A stretch of 44,928 bases of DNA, the filler included, from Streblomastix strix (Eukaryota), in the NCBI GenBank assembly GCA_008636045.1. It is 2 parts of 2 records of this genome, joined end to end, with 100 filler letters (N's around TTAATTAATTAA, not from the genome) between each part and the next. Parts side by side here need not be neighbours in the genome. Positions count along the whole stretch, not along the records: positions 1 to 22,416 come from SNRW01000323.1; 1 more part is not named here. One strand, 5' to 3'. The stretch's first letter is position 1. Each line of letters opens with the position of its first letter. The notes below the pieces were generated by a model, which ran no database searches, had not been told where the DNA came from, and saw only the letters and a program-made list of their open reading frames with translations. This document shows, one piece after another, positions 1 through 13,199 of the stretch. Position numbers and translations under genes: made by a program.

Positions 1-800
1 AATTATTGTTTTTCATTTTTATGAGAAATATGATGCTTTGGGAAGATTTGAGAGTGGGAAATGAAAACAATGGTAGAAAAGTGGATATTAATTTATTTTA
101 AAGAGTGCAATTAAATATTTAAGGATAATAATCCAAAGAAGTTCGATTAGAGCTAAAATCAACTAAGGATTACTTCTTGAGAGCGATTGGTATTAATATA
201 TACTAGGACAATGTGAAAACAGATTGCAATATTAAGAGGTGGAGTACTTTGAGATAAATACTACAAATAATGAGATGAACTTAGTCATTAGCGAAGGAAA
301 TGGATGTTCAGTGACATGTGTAGCTTATACCAGGAGAAGAGAACAAGCAAGTGGATAAGTTAAGTCGAATATCTATGAAGACGGATTAATGGATCAACAA
401 GGGGATACTAAACAAAGTACGATGTCTACTAGAACTTTATCTATGGACTAACTCTTAAACGACACTAAAGAACAAACAATTGTAGAAATTTTGCAGATTT
501 TGTTTTTATTAGAGAATTTATAAAATCAATGCACTAAAAAAGTGCTTGAATAATCTAAATTCTAACATCGATCCTCTAGTTAATTGAATTCTAAAGGTAT
601 TGTCGAAGATATATAAGGATGAATAAGAGTTGATAATTGCGATATCAGCATCAATATTCCACGTGTGATTGAGCCAACTAAACGAGAAGAAGGTAAATAA
701 AATGTTTCCACTCTTAGCCGAAGAGTATCTATTAAAGAATTAAAGGAGAATGAATCAGAATCTATATATCTCAACAGGAAGAATTTTAGTATAGATTAGT
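1..800 (+). mobile_element. Degenerate DIRS/Ngaro-like (tyrosine-recombinase) retrotransposon fragment: RNase H end plus methyltransferase-like domain
   Basis: Code-6 translation gives YQDNVKTDCNIKRW (DN..V.YI-like) and IPGEENKQVDKLSR (327-368; the HIPG..N..AD.LSR RNase H terminus), followed by NIDPLVN*ILKVLSKI...LIIAI, which resembles the DIRS MT-domain (PP..LI..VL.K) motif. Contains stops and frameshifts. Confidence 0.55.
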
Positions 801-1699
801 TTATTCTCTGAAGTTACAGATGAGGCATAATCACTAGTGGTACAAATAATAGTTAATAGGTTGATTGTGGATATGCCAATCTACAAGAAGTATCCAAATT
901 ATTTGGTATTCTGAACTGACATTGATTCAAAGATCAGAAATCATAAACTAAATTTAAAAAATTTGTAAGAAATTAATTTGTAAATTTGATATATTGAAAA
1001 AAAGAATTACAACATTGTCAACGTTCATATATCAAAATTTTTAAATCATATTTTATTACACGTATAATGAAATTTATAATTTCTAAAATTATTTTTTAGA
1101 TAATATTGAATAAATATAATTTAAAATAATTATTTATTTAATAATTAAAGTTTTAATCAATTAATTATTTTACCCAAAATTTGTAAACGTTTTTATCATT
1201 TCAACAGAAAAAATTACTCTATTTTTTATTTTTCATTATTAAAATAGTAAAATTATTTATTGTTTTACTATTTAATAAACAAATGTAACTTTAAAATTAT
1301 CATTTAGCTTGTTTTTTAGAATAATTTCAATAAAAGAACTTTTTAATTAATATAGCTTCACCATGATTTAAAATATATATTGACTTGTAATGATTTTACG
1401 CAGTTAAAATGAATTTTCATAAAATGAACGTAAATTGGAATCATCTTGATTAATAGAATATATTGAGAAAAATAAAAATCATTATCATCTAAACTATCAG
1501 TTAATATCCAAAAAAAATTTTTTTAATTAAAACATTAAAAAATGAAAATAGAATTTATTTTAAGACAAATAACTCATTTTAAATTTAAATTAAATGGAAA
1601 CTATGAAAATTATGGGTCTTTTTTATTTAATTTATATTTATCTTTAATCTTAAGCGAATTTTCTTCTAATTGTCAATTTCTTATATTAAATAAGAAGAT

Positions 1700-2880
1700 T
1701 AGATCTGATTTGTATCCATCTCGAATCCATTGGAGTATATAATACACATTGGAGGTTGTTGGAAAGGGTTTGGGTATATGAAATTGAGTTGCGTAAGACA
1801 TGATGCGATTAATGATATTCTAAATGGTAATATTCTTAAGATTGGATGGAAGTTACGAAATTGTTCATTAGAAGTAAATCAATTATTCTAAATTAATTAT
1901 TTATTTTAAAAATTAAATTAATCAAAATTTTTCATTTATTGATTCTATTCAATGATAAGACAAATATTATCAATATCGTTACTTCTTTCTGTCTATGAAG
2001 TTGTTAAAATATTAATATCTTACTTATTTACACAATTACAATCTTTTAATCTTTCATTTATTAAGAGGTTAATTTGGAAATGTTATTATGAATTAAATAT
2101 TGAACTGTTGTTAAGTGATATTCAGTTGAAGTTTATTTATTGAATCAAGTTGAGAATTTGATTTAAATTTTTTGTTTTCTGATGAGCAATAGTTATTGAC
2201 ATTATCGAATTTATCTTAAATTATTAAAATGTTTTCATTTGAAAATTAATAATTAATATATTTATTATTTCTAGATAATCCTCCTTATCAGATATTAACA
2301 TCTCCAGTATCAATATGATTCAATTACTTGATATCTTCTCCTCTCAAAGTCTTTATTACTCTATTCTCATCAATAACTTTTATTAATCATGATATAAAAT
2401 GTAAAATTATAATTAATTCAAATATATGAAGAGAAATAAGATGATTTTTGAAGTCAAATAGAAGTGAGAGAATAGATAGACAAATTTGTTAGTCAATTAA
2501 TGCAATTGCCGTTGTATATGAAAATTTATTTTCATCTATTTCTGAATTAATATTATTAGATGTTTAATTGTAATTATCAATTTAATATCTATTATTCAAT
2601 TATCGATCATTAATATCATATTGAATATATTCCGGAAGTTATATTCTTCCTTACTCATCAATTTCACTTAATCCATATCCAACAACTTCTCCATTTTTTT
2701 TCTCTTCCAATCGGATATGAATAAAGAAATGAAGGCATAATAAATGGTGTCTTCTTAATTGAAAATGACTTTAATTGTGTCGTTGCTGTGAAAGTGAGAT
2801 GACGAACTTGATGAATCTAAAGATGTCTCGAACGTGGAAGAATTTGCTGCGACGATCAGATAGACAGATGATAATGGAAA
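1700..2880 (-). CDS. Possible host hypothetical gene (partial, probably spliced)
   Basis: Long code-6 open frame from ~2880 to ~2390 (FPLSSVYLIVAANSSTFETSLDSSSSSSHFHSNDTIK...GEVVGYGLSEIDEQGRIQLPEY) plus further coding-like sequence to ~1700. No recognisable domain. Confidence 0.3.
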
Positions 2881-3050
2881 TGATTTAGTTTTATTTCTTG
2901 ATTAGTAAGAACTTCAAATAAGAGATACAAAGGCAGATAATAAAAGACTCAAATTATTTGAAAATAGTAAAATAAAATAATTTGAATATATTTTTATATT
3001 TCAGTTTTAACTGATGGTGCAACATCCTTCGCTGGTTACAAATATGGAAT

Positions 3051-3932
3051 GGTAATGAAATATTAAGAAGAGTATAAGCTGTTGAGCAAGATAATAAGGT
3101 GTTGAATCAATTTTGTAAGATAGTTATGAACGCTAGTTATGGATCTGATGGTATGAATACCTAGAAATTTAGTAATTTGAAATTAAAATCAAAGGCTGAC
3201 ACATTTATTACTCAATAGACTGGTAATTTTATGAGCTAAAGATATTTAAGTGATAATCTATATGCCGCATAAGTAAATGCAGATAAACATAAGTGCATAA
3301 CCCCATTATAAAAAGCTTATTTTGCACCAGATAACGCCAGGTATTGGTATTTTATTTTTATATATAATTTTTTTAGTAAGTGTTTGGATAAAAATAGGTT
3401 TCATTTTATCGAAGGTGATACGGACTCTATGTACTTTGCAGTAGCTGGAGATATTAATTAGTGAATTAATTAAGGATTTAACTACATCATAACTGATTAG
3501 TAATTTTATGATACTATTTACAAATATTATTTTCCTACAAATAACGATTTAAAAGAATAGAAGAAATTATTAAGCCAAACAATCGAAAGGCAAGGTGATA
3601 TAATGATAGCTGTTGCGCCAAAAAATTATTATATTAACACTATCAGTGATGAAATCATTAAATTTAAAAGGGTTAATTATAAATAGAATATTATTATTAT
3701 ATAGAATTTAATTGATTGTATTAATGGTAATATAATGAAGTGTAATACTATGCGATTGGGTTAAAAAGATAGGGTAAAGATAAAATTAGCTCAAACAAAG
3801 AATAGTCTCATTGGAGTACATACTAAAGGTATTATTTTACCTAATAGTTAATTATTAGCTCCGTTTATCTATAAATTACCTGCTAGAGATTATGTAGATC
3901 TTTAACCCACTATAAATGATCCCCCTGAATGA
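3051..3932 (+). pseudogene. polB: Protein-primed family B DNA polymerase, C-terminal fragment
   Basis: FCKIVMNASYGSDGMN (motif B KxxxNxxYG), HFIEGDTDSMYF (motif C) and APKNYY. Clearly homologous to the C-terminal part of the pPolB at 24392-28740. In-frame TGA at 3462; ends with TGA at 3930-3932; the N-terminal part is missing. Confidence 0.92.
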
Positions 3933-4475
3933 AACTATGATTTACGAGCTCGAATAATTGAAGATTTACTGGAAGGAGTTGATTAAGAAGATATTCGATA
4001 TAGCTATAGAATATGCCTGTGAAAATAAGATTTATAATAGATTTTGTCAGCTAGCTTCACTAATTGACTTTTTTTATTTTTCATCGGTAATATAAATGTA
4101 CGGGTCATGTTGTCCATATAATATATATTCACTAGATTATGATGTAATAGTTAATAAAAGCTACGACAGAGGAGATCTACTATCATAATGGGGTAAAAAA
4201 AATTAATATTGAAACGTAATTAATATGAAAATTTCAAAAAGATATATGATGATATTATAGAAATAAGTGAAAAATAACGTATTGGTTTTAATAATAATAG
4301 ACTAAGGAGAATGATTCATGATAACAAATAATGTTTCAATGAATATATATTTTAAATAGAAGTAGCTTAATATGATTATTCGCCACTTCATATATATTAT
4401 ATATGAAAACTAATTTTTGCTATAATTTTCGACTGTAAAAATTTAGATTCTCGATTTTTTTATACTTGGGAAAAT

Positions 4476-4520
4476 TCAAATTTAAAAGAGATGAGCAAAA
4501 AACCTTTTTCAATTTTTTTT
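4476..4520 (+). promoter_or_regulatory. Dispersed intergenic motif, copy 1 (candidate viral terminator/polyA signal)
   Basis: tcaaatttaaaagagatgagcaaaaaacctttttcaattttt; similar to copies at 12911 (+), 16467 (-) and 18582 (-). Confidence 0.3.
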
Positions 4521-4543
4521 GTTAACAAGATAAAAATAACTTT

Positions 4544-6550
4544 TCATCCTGCGGCAATCATATTGCTATTAAACTCTGCGATTATTTCCAAATTTAATAC
4601 TTGGGGCTCAGGATAATCATTAAACATGATTCTAATGACCGAGTCACACAGGAAATGTATCATGGGGGTTTGTCCCACTTACTAACTCATGGGATAACTT
4701 CTACAGCCAATAAATCCAGCTAATGTGTTTTAATTTTCAGGGTGATTAATATCATCATTAATTTTATGAAAATCAACTATATTTATTATTATTTATGTGT
4801 TTAGTATAGTCTATATATTTGTTCTCGCACCAAGTCTAGTACTATTATACACTCGCATAAAAGAATAATCTGTAGCCATTTTCCAAGCCAACATATATTT
4901 ATTCGGATAGTATGTTTAACAGCTTTAGAACCAACAAATATTGTTGTATTATAAAACATATTATCTATTTTATTTATTGCCCCATCATTTTTGCCATAGA
5001 AATATTTCTTATCTTTTATATTTATATTCTCGAAAGTAAGTGAATGTTATAGTTCACTAGATGGAGATATAGTATCTTGATCAATAAATCACTAAAATAT
5101 TGATCCATTTGTCGATTATGTATGTGCTTCGTAAAGGAAAGAAACAACAAGACGCTATTCAATTATAAGGTCAATATTATGAAATAGCATGGCAAAGAAC
5201 CATGTTGGATACTACGGCATCGCAAATAACATGAGTATAGCTTTGATATTAGAAAATGAAATTATACTTTATATTTATCCGCTGGATTGGTCAAAATTAT
5301 TCATAATGTAATTTGCTGATTATGATTTAAGAACTTGAGTAGGAAAATATATTACTTTCTATGCCCTAATCATTTCAATTATCGCACTTTCATTTTTCAT
5401 AGTAAAGTAAAGATTATAGATGGATAAATATTCAAAAAAAGCGTTATTTAATTATTATATACTTATTTTTTGGTTAATTGAATCATCTTCTAGTTCTTTA
5501 CAATTAATCGAACGTACAGAATATTATTTATATTGGACAGTTGTTTCATCTGTAATTAGAAAAATTATATCAGGTTTCTCATGAGGAATCAATATGTAAA
5601 CAAGGTGTTAGTCAAATAAAGATATTTACTTATTTAACTATATTAATTTTAAGTCTAATATGAAGTCGGTCATCCACAGTTATAGATATAAACTGGCATA
5701 ATTTCTAGTGAGCACATGAAACTCATTAAATATTGGGTTCAGCTAATTGAGATCCAATTCTCCGCTAAAAGAAATGGGGTCAGGTATTTTATAATAGTAA
5801 TCATTTGTACTAGCATTAATTTTACTATATGGATATCAATAAATACTCCACAATATCGTTTTCCCTAAGTTATACTTTCTAATGGTGATAAAGTAACTGA
5901 ATTATTAACGTTAAGGCCAGATAAAGAATTGGAATAAATAATAGCTTATTCACGAGCAAAAATAGATGTCTCCCAAAGCTTTGCATTATCTTTACATATA
6001 ACCACTAATTAAAAAGGTCCACAAGTTGTTGAGAATCCGAGCCAAAATTTGAGTATTTCACAACTGTGATAATTTTATGTCTCTTAATTAATCTATCTAT
6101 CTACAGGTAATGGTGCAGCTGCTGTCTTTGTCCCGTTAAAATTAATTACTTAACGAGCATATTCAATATCAGTATTTGCACCTTTAGTCACATTGATGGA
6201 ATTGAGCTAGATACCCAATGTATTAGAGGGTATAGTAATTGTTCAACTAACTTAACATGCTTAAAAACATCAACAAGTAGCAGTACCTCAAGCACCAAGT
6301 GGAGCTCTTGTTTATCTTGTACCAGTAGAAAACAATATATTTACTGGTTAGTCTAAAAATTTATATTTTGATAGAGGTAATGATTATGGCTCAGTTGTAA
6401 GAGTTCACATAATTTCATTAAGAGCGATATTTGAACAAATATAGTTCGAATGTGAGGCTTTTGATAGTCGTGACAAATAATCCTATGCGTTAAAGCTCAG
6501 TTTATTAAACGAAATAACTTTTTAAATTATACGTTTTAAATTTTATTCAT
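4544..6550 (-). pseudogene. Large (~650 aa) viral structural-type protein, candidate double jelly-roll major capsid protein (frameshifted)
   Basis: Code-6 translation: WLGFSTTCGPFQLVVICKDNAKLWETSIFAREQA...DLNQLNPIFNEFHVLTRNYASLYLQLW...FAMPQYPTWFF...YPNKYMLAWKMATD...MIHFLCDSVIRIMFNDYPEPQVLNLEIIAEFNSNMIAAG*. Size, beta-rich character and context fit an MCP; the fold is inferred, not shown. Confidence 0.55.
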
Positions 6551-6570
6551 TTTTTTTATCTAGAAAATAA

Positions 6571-7131
6571 ATAACAAAGTTAAATGAATGGGAGATATTA
6601 ACTGATAATAATAACTATGAAATATTAACTGAAGATCCACATATTATAAAAAGAATTGAAGATTAATATATACCGAAAATAACATTCAATAAAACATGTA
6701 GATATAATTAAATTAAATTAAATGGAAAACCTTATAGATATCGTAGAGATATTGCAATACAATTTATACCGTACCCAAATATTTTGCCTGAAATTGATCA
6801 CATTAATCATATTAGAACTGATAATAGGATAAAAAATTTGTGATGGTATAATAATTCAGAAAATTAAAGAAATAAAGAAAGCAATAAGTATATTTATATA
6901 TATTTTGAAAAATTACCCGAAGGCAATTAGCTTCTTATTTTATTTAATGGTAATGATTTAGAAGGATATAGTTTCGACTAATAACATGATGTATATTTTC
7001 ACAACGGGCTAAAATTCAGGAAACTTCATGTCAATTATAATCGTAATTATTAATATGATATTTGTTAAGATATTACAGCAAAGCAAACTAAAGTTTATTT
7101 AGGCAAATTAATGAATTGGAATTATGAATGA
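6571..7131 (+). pseudogene. HNH endonuclease (HNH_3/phage-type)
   Basis: IAIQFIPYPNILPEIDHINHIRTDNRIKNL*WYNNSENQRN. Single frame with an in-frame TGA at 6841 and terminal TGA at 7129-7131; no ATG at the expected start. Confidence 0.85.
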
Positions 7132-7164
7132 TTCGCTTTATGAAAATTATTTTTAAACTAATAA

Positions 7165-7368
7165 TTGGGTTTCAAGTCAAATTTTAAAGTTTTTTTGTTC
7201 AAAAGTATTAAATGGAGTTACTTCTGCCGCATAATAAGTCGCGCCAGTTCTTCTTAAAGTTATAGGGCTGTTTTAGGTCCATTAGATGTAATAAATCCAA
7301 CAGCAGGTATGATTGCGAGAGGAGTTGGTGGAGCAGCTGGTATGACAAACAAGTTTCTTAATCGATGA
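7165..7368 (+). pseudogene. Small amphipathic Gly/Ala-rich viral protein (homologue of 34109-34315)
   Basis: (L)GFKSNFKVFCSKVLNGVTSAAQQVAPVLLKVIG/VLGPLDVINPTAGMIARGVGGAAGMTNKFLNR* with one frameshift. Aligns end to end with the ORF at 34109-34315. Confidence 0.75.
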
Positions 7369-7490
7369 TATATTTTAAATGATTGAATTAATATACTTGG
7401 TAGAAACTGACCGCGATAAATTTTGAAACATGGAGAGAATAATAAATTAACGTTTTCGTTATTTCAAATTTTTTTATTTTTGTATCTAAA

Positions 7491-7640
7491 ATGATTATCA
7501 CGAAGAATTTTGGTTCAAAATTACTAAGTAATGTAAATAAGCTACAGATTATGTGCCAAATTTATTGCACAAATTGCTATCCTCAACATAAATGAGAAAT
7601 GGTGCCTTATAAATAAAATCTGCACATATCTAGCAAAATA
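7491..7640 (+). pseudogene. Second, more degraded tandem paralogue of the small amphipathic protein
   Basis: MIITKNFGSKLLSNVNK/ATDYVPNLLHKLLSST matches NFGSKILGEVKHAAQWIAPTLHKVLST of 34109-34315. Confidence 0.6.
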
Positions 7641-8779
7641 AACTAATAGATTACATACATTAATCAAAAAAAAGATACAATGATTTTTATTTTATATAAA
7701 TAGAATCATTAACAATACAATCATTTGTGAAAACGTGAAAAATTTCAACCGGTGAAAAAAAACCTAATAGACTAATATATAGTTTTTACAATTTTTTTTA
7801 TTATTTTAAAATGGTTCTATCATTTTAAACTGGTGCCTATAAATATAGAGATTTTATGAATGGGACGAAAAATTATCTTAAAAAAATTTGCTTTAAAATT
7901 AAGTTTACATTTTCATACACATAGAAGTTTTATTACTATTTATTTTTAATTTTTTTTTAAATTGATTAATTTTACAATTAAATTAAAAATTAAAATTTTT
8001 ATTTTAATAACTCAATCATTATGAACTTGTAACATTTTATTTTATTCGATTTTACACATCATACTGTGTTCCAAATATACTAATATTAATTTATTTATAT
8101 TAATATTTAAATTATTATCAAAATTGATTGGTTTATTTATAAAATAAACATATATAATTCTCAATTTAGATTATTTAAAACATATCAATTAATTAATATA
8201 TATTTATTTATGCAAAAATCTATAATTTCCAACAATAATTGAATATCTAATATAAATTTTATTAATTTTTCGTAGTGTGATAGGCATAGATCATATTCAT
8301 TTCTTTTGCTTTTATTAGATTTCTTTTGTAATATTGTTTTACGCGATTTTTATTTCTTTTTCATATATTGAATATAGAACATGATTTCTGTTAGAGTTTC
8401 ACTGTATATACAGATGTAGTTGCACATGCAACTGTGTTTTAAACATCAGGAATAGGTGTTTCTGAACTCAATGATATTACAGAGATTATAATCAACTGTG
8501 TACAACGTTAGCATGGATCAAACTTATAATAGATAGCTTGTGACTTTATAAAAGAGGCAAATCATGAAGTGCTCAATTCCCAAAGGATGATCATGTAAAC
8601 AAAATCACAATGAAAATGATACTATGAACAATTAATAATTTCACAGTTTTGTCTGCTAAATTCGGTGGATACGAAGTTGCATACTATTTTCGCTAATTTT
8701 AACACGTCTACCACCACGAATTTGGGCGGGTTAATTTTTATCTATATATACCATAATAATTATATTATTATTGTTAAAG

Positions 8780-9340
8780 CTATTATTATTATTATTATTA
8801 TTATTCCTCTTCATATTCATCTTCTTATTATTCTATTTATTTAGACTATTGTTTGCATTTAGATTATTTTAGCGCATTCAATTTATTTTTATATTTCTCA
8901 TTTTATTTAATCATATCCGTATGATATTATTTTATGTATTTATTTTCAGATCGTAAAGATATTAGCTCTTCAAAATCAAGTTAAGCATTAATGTATTGGA
9001 TTTACGGTTTATTTTTTACTTTTTCTTATAATTTGCTTAGATTTTAGTTATTTTTGCTTTTCTTCATTAGCACCAGAATTATCGCTTTAACTTTCTTCGG
9101 AGTCAGATTCGAATAGTTTCCTTCTACTTCATAACCTATTGGATTATTTCTTATGCTAATTTTACCCTCTAGCTTTCATCTTTAGCTTATTTAATTAGGC
9201 TTATGTTACTACTTTTAATCCACATTTTCTATCTTCGAAACATTTGATTTATTTTTTGTCTCGGATGAAATCACTCCATCAAAGTATTCGTTATTAGTAT
9301 TATTTTCCTTCATATATTTTAACGCTTGTGACTTATCCAT
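8780..9340 (-). pseudogene. Basic, Lys-rich hypothetical viral protein
   Basis: Starts MDKSQALKYMKENNTNNEYFDGVISSETK; later Lys/Arg-rich; frameshifted. Confidence 0.3.
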
Positions 9341-9371
9341 TTAATAATCTAGAAATTTCTATTTTAATTAA

Positions 9372-10440
9372 ATGAAACTTGGAGTAGAACATAATTAATT
9401 GAGACTATTTAAAAGTAAGAAATAAATGAAAGAACTAACTGATACCTCTAGTTAATAAACATTATAGTATGTAGATAATTTAATCGCTAAAGGTGTCACC
9501 AATGAATCAAACAAACCGAATGAATCAGTTATTACATCATTTAGAAATTATTAACAACGATAATTTAATAAAAATAAATACATTGATGCTGATCATACTA
9601 CAACTTAAGTTACCTCATAAGAAGTATTGGATAAATTATCATAACCAACAATTGAAATATTACCGACAAAATCGGCAGCGGAATATGCTCCTTAACCAAA
9701 TATTATACCACAAACAATATAAACAAATGTTACAGATAATCATTTGAACGCTTATTTATCACATCCAAATTTAGAAGTTTTGAAATCCATTATTGATAGT
9801 ATTTGGAGAACAGTTACTCATAGAAATAAAGGTGATGAATTTATATTGTAGAGTGATAACTTCAATAAATTTTAGTCAGTAGTTATCTAAGAAAAAGAAG
9901 ATGATATAGAAGTAGTATTAGAGGAAAGTATAATTGCTACTCACTCTTGTTTAAGTAAATAATATAAGTAGAAGGAAGTAGTTTGAGTTATTTATGTTCT
10001 GATAAAAATGTGTCGATTAATATGTAGGATAATATGCTTTGGAATATTTTGGAGAAATTATATAGAATAAATAAAGATCTAGTTGGACTATCTGATGATC
10101 CATCATAAGATATAGATCCAAATTAATTTTGAAGCTTATGAAATATATATGAAAAAGGCTTTTTGCACTTCTGTTTTAAAATTGGTGATAGCCGAAATTC
10201 GGTTGATCACCCCAAAATTAATGTTGTACTATATATTGTGTGGTGGTGAAATCTATGGACACTCTCTAATAAAAGAACAAGTTGCCAATTATTATTTTTT
10301 ACCATCAATTTAAATGGATGATTTAAAATTACCAATGGAAGAGTAAACGTAAGCAATGAAAGATGAGATAACTAAAGTATTATAGAAATAAATTAAGTAA
10401 AAAAAATTCGAGTAATTATAAGATAAATTAACCCCCCATA
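9372..10440 (+). pseudogene. Hypothetical viral protein(s)
   Basis: Long code-6 frames (IAKGVTNESNKPNESVITSFRNY...NAYLSHPNLEVLKSIIDSIWRTVTHRNKGDEF...) with frameshifts. No known motif. Confidence 0.35.
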
Positions 10441-10499
10441 TCGAGCGTATTATTTATAAATATTTTACTTATTTTTGCTAATATTATCGATCTAAACAG

Positions 10500-11010
10500 T
10501 GTTAATGTAAGCCATTTGATCCCACAGGATTAGTTACAATAAACACTTAATAAGATATAATTAGTAAAAAAATAATCGATTAATTTTAAAAAAAATGATG
10601 GCACTACAAAATAATTGTTACTTGCTAATGGTGATACAACTGATATAGGTGATTTTAACCCAAATAGTCTCGTCATACGATGGGGTAATTGATTATCGAA
10701 CTGAGAGATAGTATATTATATTATGAGATCAGGATAATGAAAATAAAGCGAATTGGGATAGTTTTGTAATTACTGGCTGTATTATTGACTCTACAAATAA
10801 AAATGGAGTATGGAAAGTTGGATTTACTTTATCATAATTTAGAATAAAAAAAATAATAAGATTAAGCATGTGATTAGAAGGGTTTAATTATTGATTTCGA
10901 TTATACAATATTAAAATTCAATAACTAAATTATTGCACCAATTATCACAAAAAGTGGAACCTTTCTTGCAGGAGATTATGTAGTTGGACAGAGTTAGGAC
11001 TCATTAGTCA
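10500..11010 (+). pseudogene. Fibre-like protein fragment
   Basis: DGTTKQLLLANGDTTDIGD (same KxG...LxANGD motif as the other two fibre genes) and NWDSFVITGCIIDSTNKNGVWKVGF. Confidence 0.55.
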
Positions 11011-11444
11011 ATAACAGTATAAATGGAAACACTTTTGGTCATCATTGATTGGTAGCTATTTAATTTATACCTACTGATGATTATAATAATTATGTTGATC
11101 ATATAAATCAAAATAGATTTGATAACTCACTTAACAATCTGAGATAGTTAACACGAAGTGATAACTGCCTGAATAGAACAAAACCAATACGATAACATAT
11201 ATCCTACATATCTAGATATATTATTTATTGATAATATTGAGCTAAGCAAATACGACGACACAAATTTGAAAGATTATATTTTTCTTCTAGCGAAGATATG
11301 TTCCATATATCATATGGTAGATAATATAAAGAGTTATATATTAATGTGAAATTAAATGGTGCATTGTTTGTGTATGCCCCTGATATTCGGGGTAAGAGTC
11401 ATTAAATTCATTACATAAGAGCAAAACGAATAATGAAAATTTGA
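11011..11444 (+). pseudogene. HNH endonuclease (5'-truncated)
   Basis: INGNTFGHH*LVAIQFIPTDDYNNYVDHINQNRFDNSLNNLRQLTRSDNCLNR; TGA at 11046; ends at 11442-11444. Confidence 0.8.
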
Positions 11445-11479
11445 TATAATATTTTTGGATATAACTGACTACATAAGCT

Positions 11480-12891
11480 ATGTAAATACTATAATCATTC
11501 TCGGATTAAGAATTTGTCTAATAGAAAACAAATATCTCATAAGGATATAATTAGTTCTAAGTAAATAGTATATATAACGTTACTATAAATTTTTGTTATT
11601 ATTTGAACAAGGACTAAATAGAAATTAAAACGAATATCAAGTCAACTATTAATAATATGTAAATAACGTTATAAGATTAAATATAAGATGGTTTCAAATT
11701 ATCTCCTGTATATGAACTCCCACCAATTAGAATTAAAATGAACACAAATATCAACAATAATTATGTCGATAACGAGATAAATGAATCATATAAATATATG
11801 TCATAAAACTATGTGCTCAAAAATAGTGAAATAAATAATTTTCAAGATAGCTAAAAATAATACTTTCTTTAATTCGATATAATTAAAGGTGGACCAATAA
11901 GCTTCAATTAATCATACAACGAACATACACAAAAGTTAGATAATTACTATATAATATCATAAAATAGAGGTATCGATATTTGTTCTACTGCTATTAAAAC
12001 GTTAATTTGAGATTAAATTCTTTTCTTTATCATTATTGGATATAAGTTACTTAGTTGGCGATAGCTTATCTAATGATTAGTCAAATTAAAATATATTGTC
12101 CTATAACACATAATAATATCACTACTGTTTAGCTACTACTCATATGTTTTAAAATTAAATATAATTCAGGCCAACAAATTGCGCTAATAAGTAATGAGCT
12201 AATTATTACGGAATAATAACCTATCAATGTATAGAGTCAAAGTATGTAATTAGCGATTAATTAGATCAATACATTTCCTGTCAGGCTAAAATTTTCATTA
12301 CCTGCGTTATCATTAACAGAATGGTAATATATTATTACTAGTGTATAGAGAATATCTGATCTTGGTTAATTAATACCATAAGTATTAGATGAATTTTATG
12401 AAAAATAATTTGATGTTCCGAATAAAGTGTTATAAATAGAGCTGACAAATAATATATATATTTAGATAACTAACACTAGTGATCTATATGTAGAACCATT
12501 AGTAGATAATCATTTTAAATAAATGGCATAAGATACATGGTATTATAAAGTGAAATATAACAACGACGAGTAGAATTAAAATTAAGCTATATTTTCACCT
12601 TTTATTAAAAATTTTATGGAGCATGCATTAATGTTAATTATAATAGTAAATAATTATTAGAGGGATATAGTACAACAAGTCTAGGATAACGCTGCTTTCA
12701 ATAATGTCGTATTTAAAAAAAATTAGATCGGAGCACCAGTAATATGGGGATAGAATATGTTATCTAATTCAATTATTATAGATATGATTAAAGAAATTGT
12801 GTTTAAATTATATGATAATATGGGTAGATAAGTTCCTGTACAATAAATCGATACGTATAATAATTTATTATTAGAAATATAATACTAGTGA
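11480..12891 (+). pseudogene. Candidate minor capsid (penton) protein
   Basis: C-terminus IGAPVIWGQNMLSNSIIIDMIKEIVFKLYDNMGRQVPVQQIDTYNNLLLEIQYQ*. The FxLYDxxGR ending resembles the L.D..G end of Polinton/PLV pentons. Homologous to 22517-23970. Confidence 0.5.
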
Positions 12892-12910
12892 GTACTGCGA
12901 AAATTCGCGG

Positions 12911-12957
12911 GTCAACTTTTTCAAACTGAGATGCGAAAAAACCTTTTTCTATTTTTG
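12911..12957 (+). promoter_or_regulatory. Dispersed intergenic motif, copy 2
   Basis: gagatgcgaaaaaacctttttctattttt versus gagatgagcaaaaaacctttttcaattttt at 4488; starts ~20 nt after the penton-like stop codon. Confidence 0.3.
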
Positions 12958-12966
12958 CAGAAATAA

Positions 12967-13161
12967 TCATTTATAATTTAGATCATTCAATAATTTTAGT
13001 GTTGCTTGCTAACTATCTTCTTTAGCTATTTCAATTATCTCTTTCAATTAATCCATTCGTAATATCCTGTTAAATTATCTCAATAAGAATCTCAATTCTA
13101 TCTACGGATCAGCTTTTGTAGGTTATAAAACATATAGTGATAAAAATTTGCTGCAGATCAT
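12967..13161 (-). CDS. Small hypothetical viral protein (64 aa, code 6)
   Basis: MICSKFLSLYVLQPTKADPQIELRFLLRQFNRILRMDQLKEIIEIAKEDSQQATLKLLNDLNYK*, open from ATG to TGA. Confidence 0.45.
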
Positions 13162-13199
13162 ATATTCCTACACACTTATTATAATCATTTTAAGTATAA

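Noticed and set aside
8380..8700. Coding-like patch between the two halves of element A
   Set aside because: No consistent frame or motif could be supported.
8700..8750. GC-richer patch (ccaccacgaatttgggcggg) as a Polinton terminal inverted repeat
   Set aside because: No reverse-complement partner found near 18.5 kb or elsewhere in the window.
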